Positions 63,434 through 64,000 of a stretch of DNA of 64,000 nucleotides are shown here, piece after piece. The DNA comes from Xylographa opegraphella. Lineage: Eukaryota. Positions within the stretch are counted from its first letter, which is position 1, and the number at the start of each line of letters is the position of its first letter. The position numbers and the translations under genes are program-made. The DNA is taken from assembly GCA_022813865.1 (NCBI GenBank), contig JALDZX010000006.1, positions 372,001 through 436,000 on the forward strand. Reading direction: 5' to 3'. The notes beneath the pieces are model-generated. The model had not been told where the DNA came from and ran no database searches. It saw only the letters and a list, made by a program, of their open reading frames with translations.

Positions 63434-64000
63434 TCAGAAGCATTTTAACAGCTTGTCCTTGAACCACCTCCACACTTGCACCCCAGACCCCGATCTCCCA
63501 GTTGTCGAACTATCGAGATGGGTCAGTTTGAGAAGATCGTGCCGCTGCATGAACGATCGATTTCTCTTGCCAAAGATATCTATATTTCCAAATGTCAGCA
63601 ATCAAATATCAACGTGGAAATTCGTGCCAAATCTGCTTACACATCGGTATACTGAGACAACAAATGACAACCTGCAAACTTGCAATGACCATGAACGTCT
63701 TCAGTACCCCAGACTGAACCAGCCATTCGTAAGCACTCCAAGTCAGGCCAAAGCTGAAAATATTCTTGAAGATGAGCAAGCAGGTAAATGCTTCCACGGC
63801 GATTTCTCCTAAAAAAACTATCAATATGATTACCGGAAGATTACAGGGTAACCGTTGGCTGGACTTACGATGTGCGTCAACAATATATAGTGCACTCGCT
63901 ACAGCCCCAATGACCATACCCATGACTTCCCATGCGAAGAAGAAGTCGGGTAAAAACCATCCGTACTGAGGCAGATTATTCGCAGTTATCCCAAATCCAT
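63434..64000 (-). CDS. Major facilitator superfamily transporter (HOL1-like), C-terminal part (5' end outside window)
   Basis: Spliced ...SALYIVDAH|xEIAVEAFTCLLIFKNIFSFGLT...LSIPM|YIFGKRNRSF, the typical end of fungal MFS proteins. Confidence 0.85.

Overview
Intron-rich genomic DNA from a filamentous ascomycete (Pezizomycotina-type GT-AG introns with CTRAY branch points). Most of the window is housekeeping genes: ECM29 3' end, a Zn2Cys6 transcription factor, two UBX/Cdc48 cofactors, an Sfk1-like protein, GST-kappa, a CobW GTPase, a tyrosine phosphatase, GH79, SDH2, a fasciclin protein, GH76, a Tps3-like subunit, a HAD dehalogenase, PXR1, RPL36, PUP3, a SERCA ATPase, 14-3-3 and an MFS transporter 3' end. 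An accessory-looking stretch at about 29.1-39.2 kb is the most interesting part. It holds a MYND-finger gene, an ~870 bp non-coding foldback/MITE-like element, a HET-domain gene broken by a UGA at a conserved Trp plus a frameshift, and three tandem tiny ORFs with a shared Cys/His spacing (two intact, one decayed). Also visible are local GC-rich patches with a C-rich to G-rich strand-skew flip and a recurring CCTTA-n-TAAGG palindrome in promoters. Gene models were assembled by eye and no database search was run. Family names come from recognising motifs.
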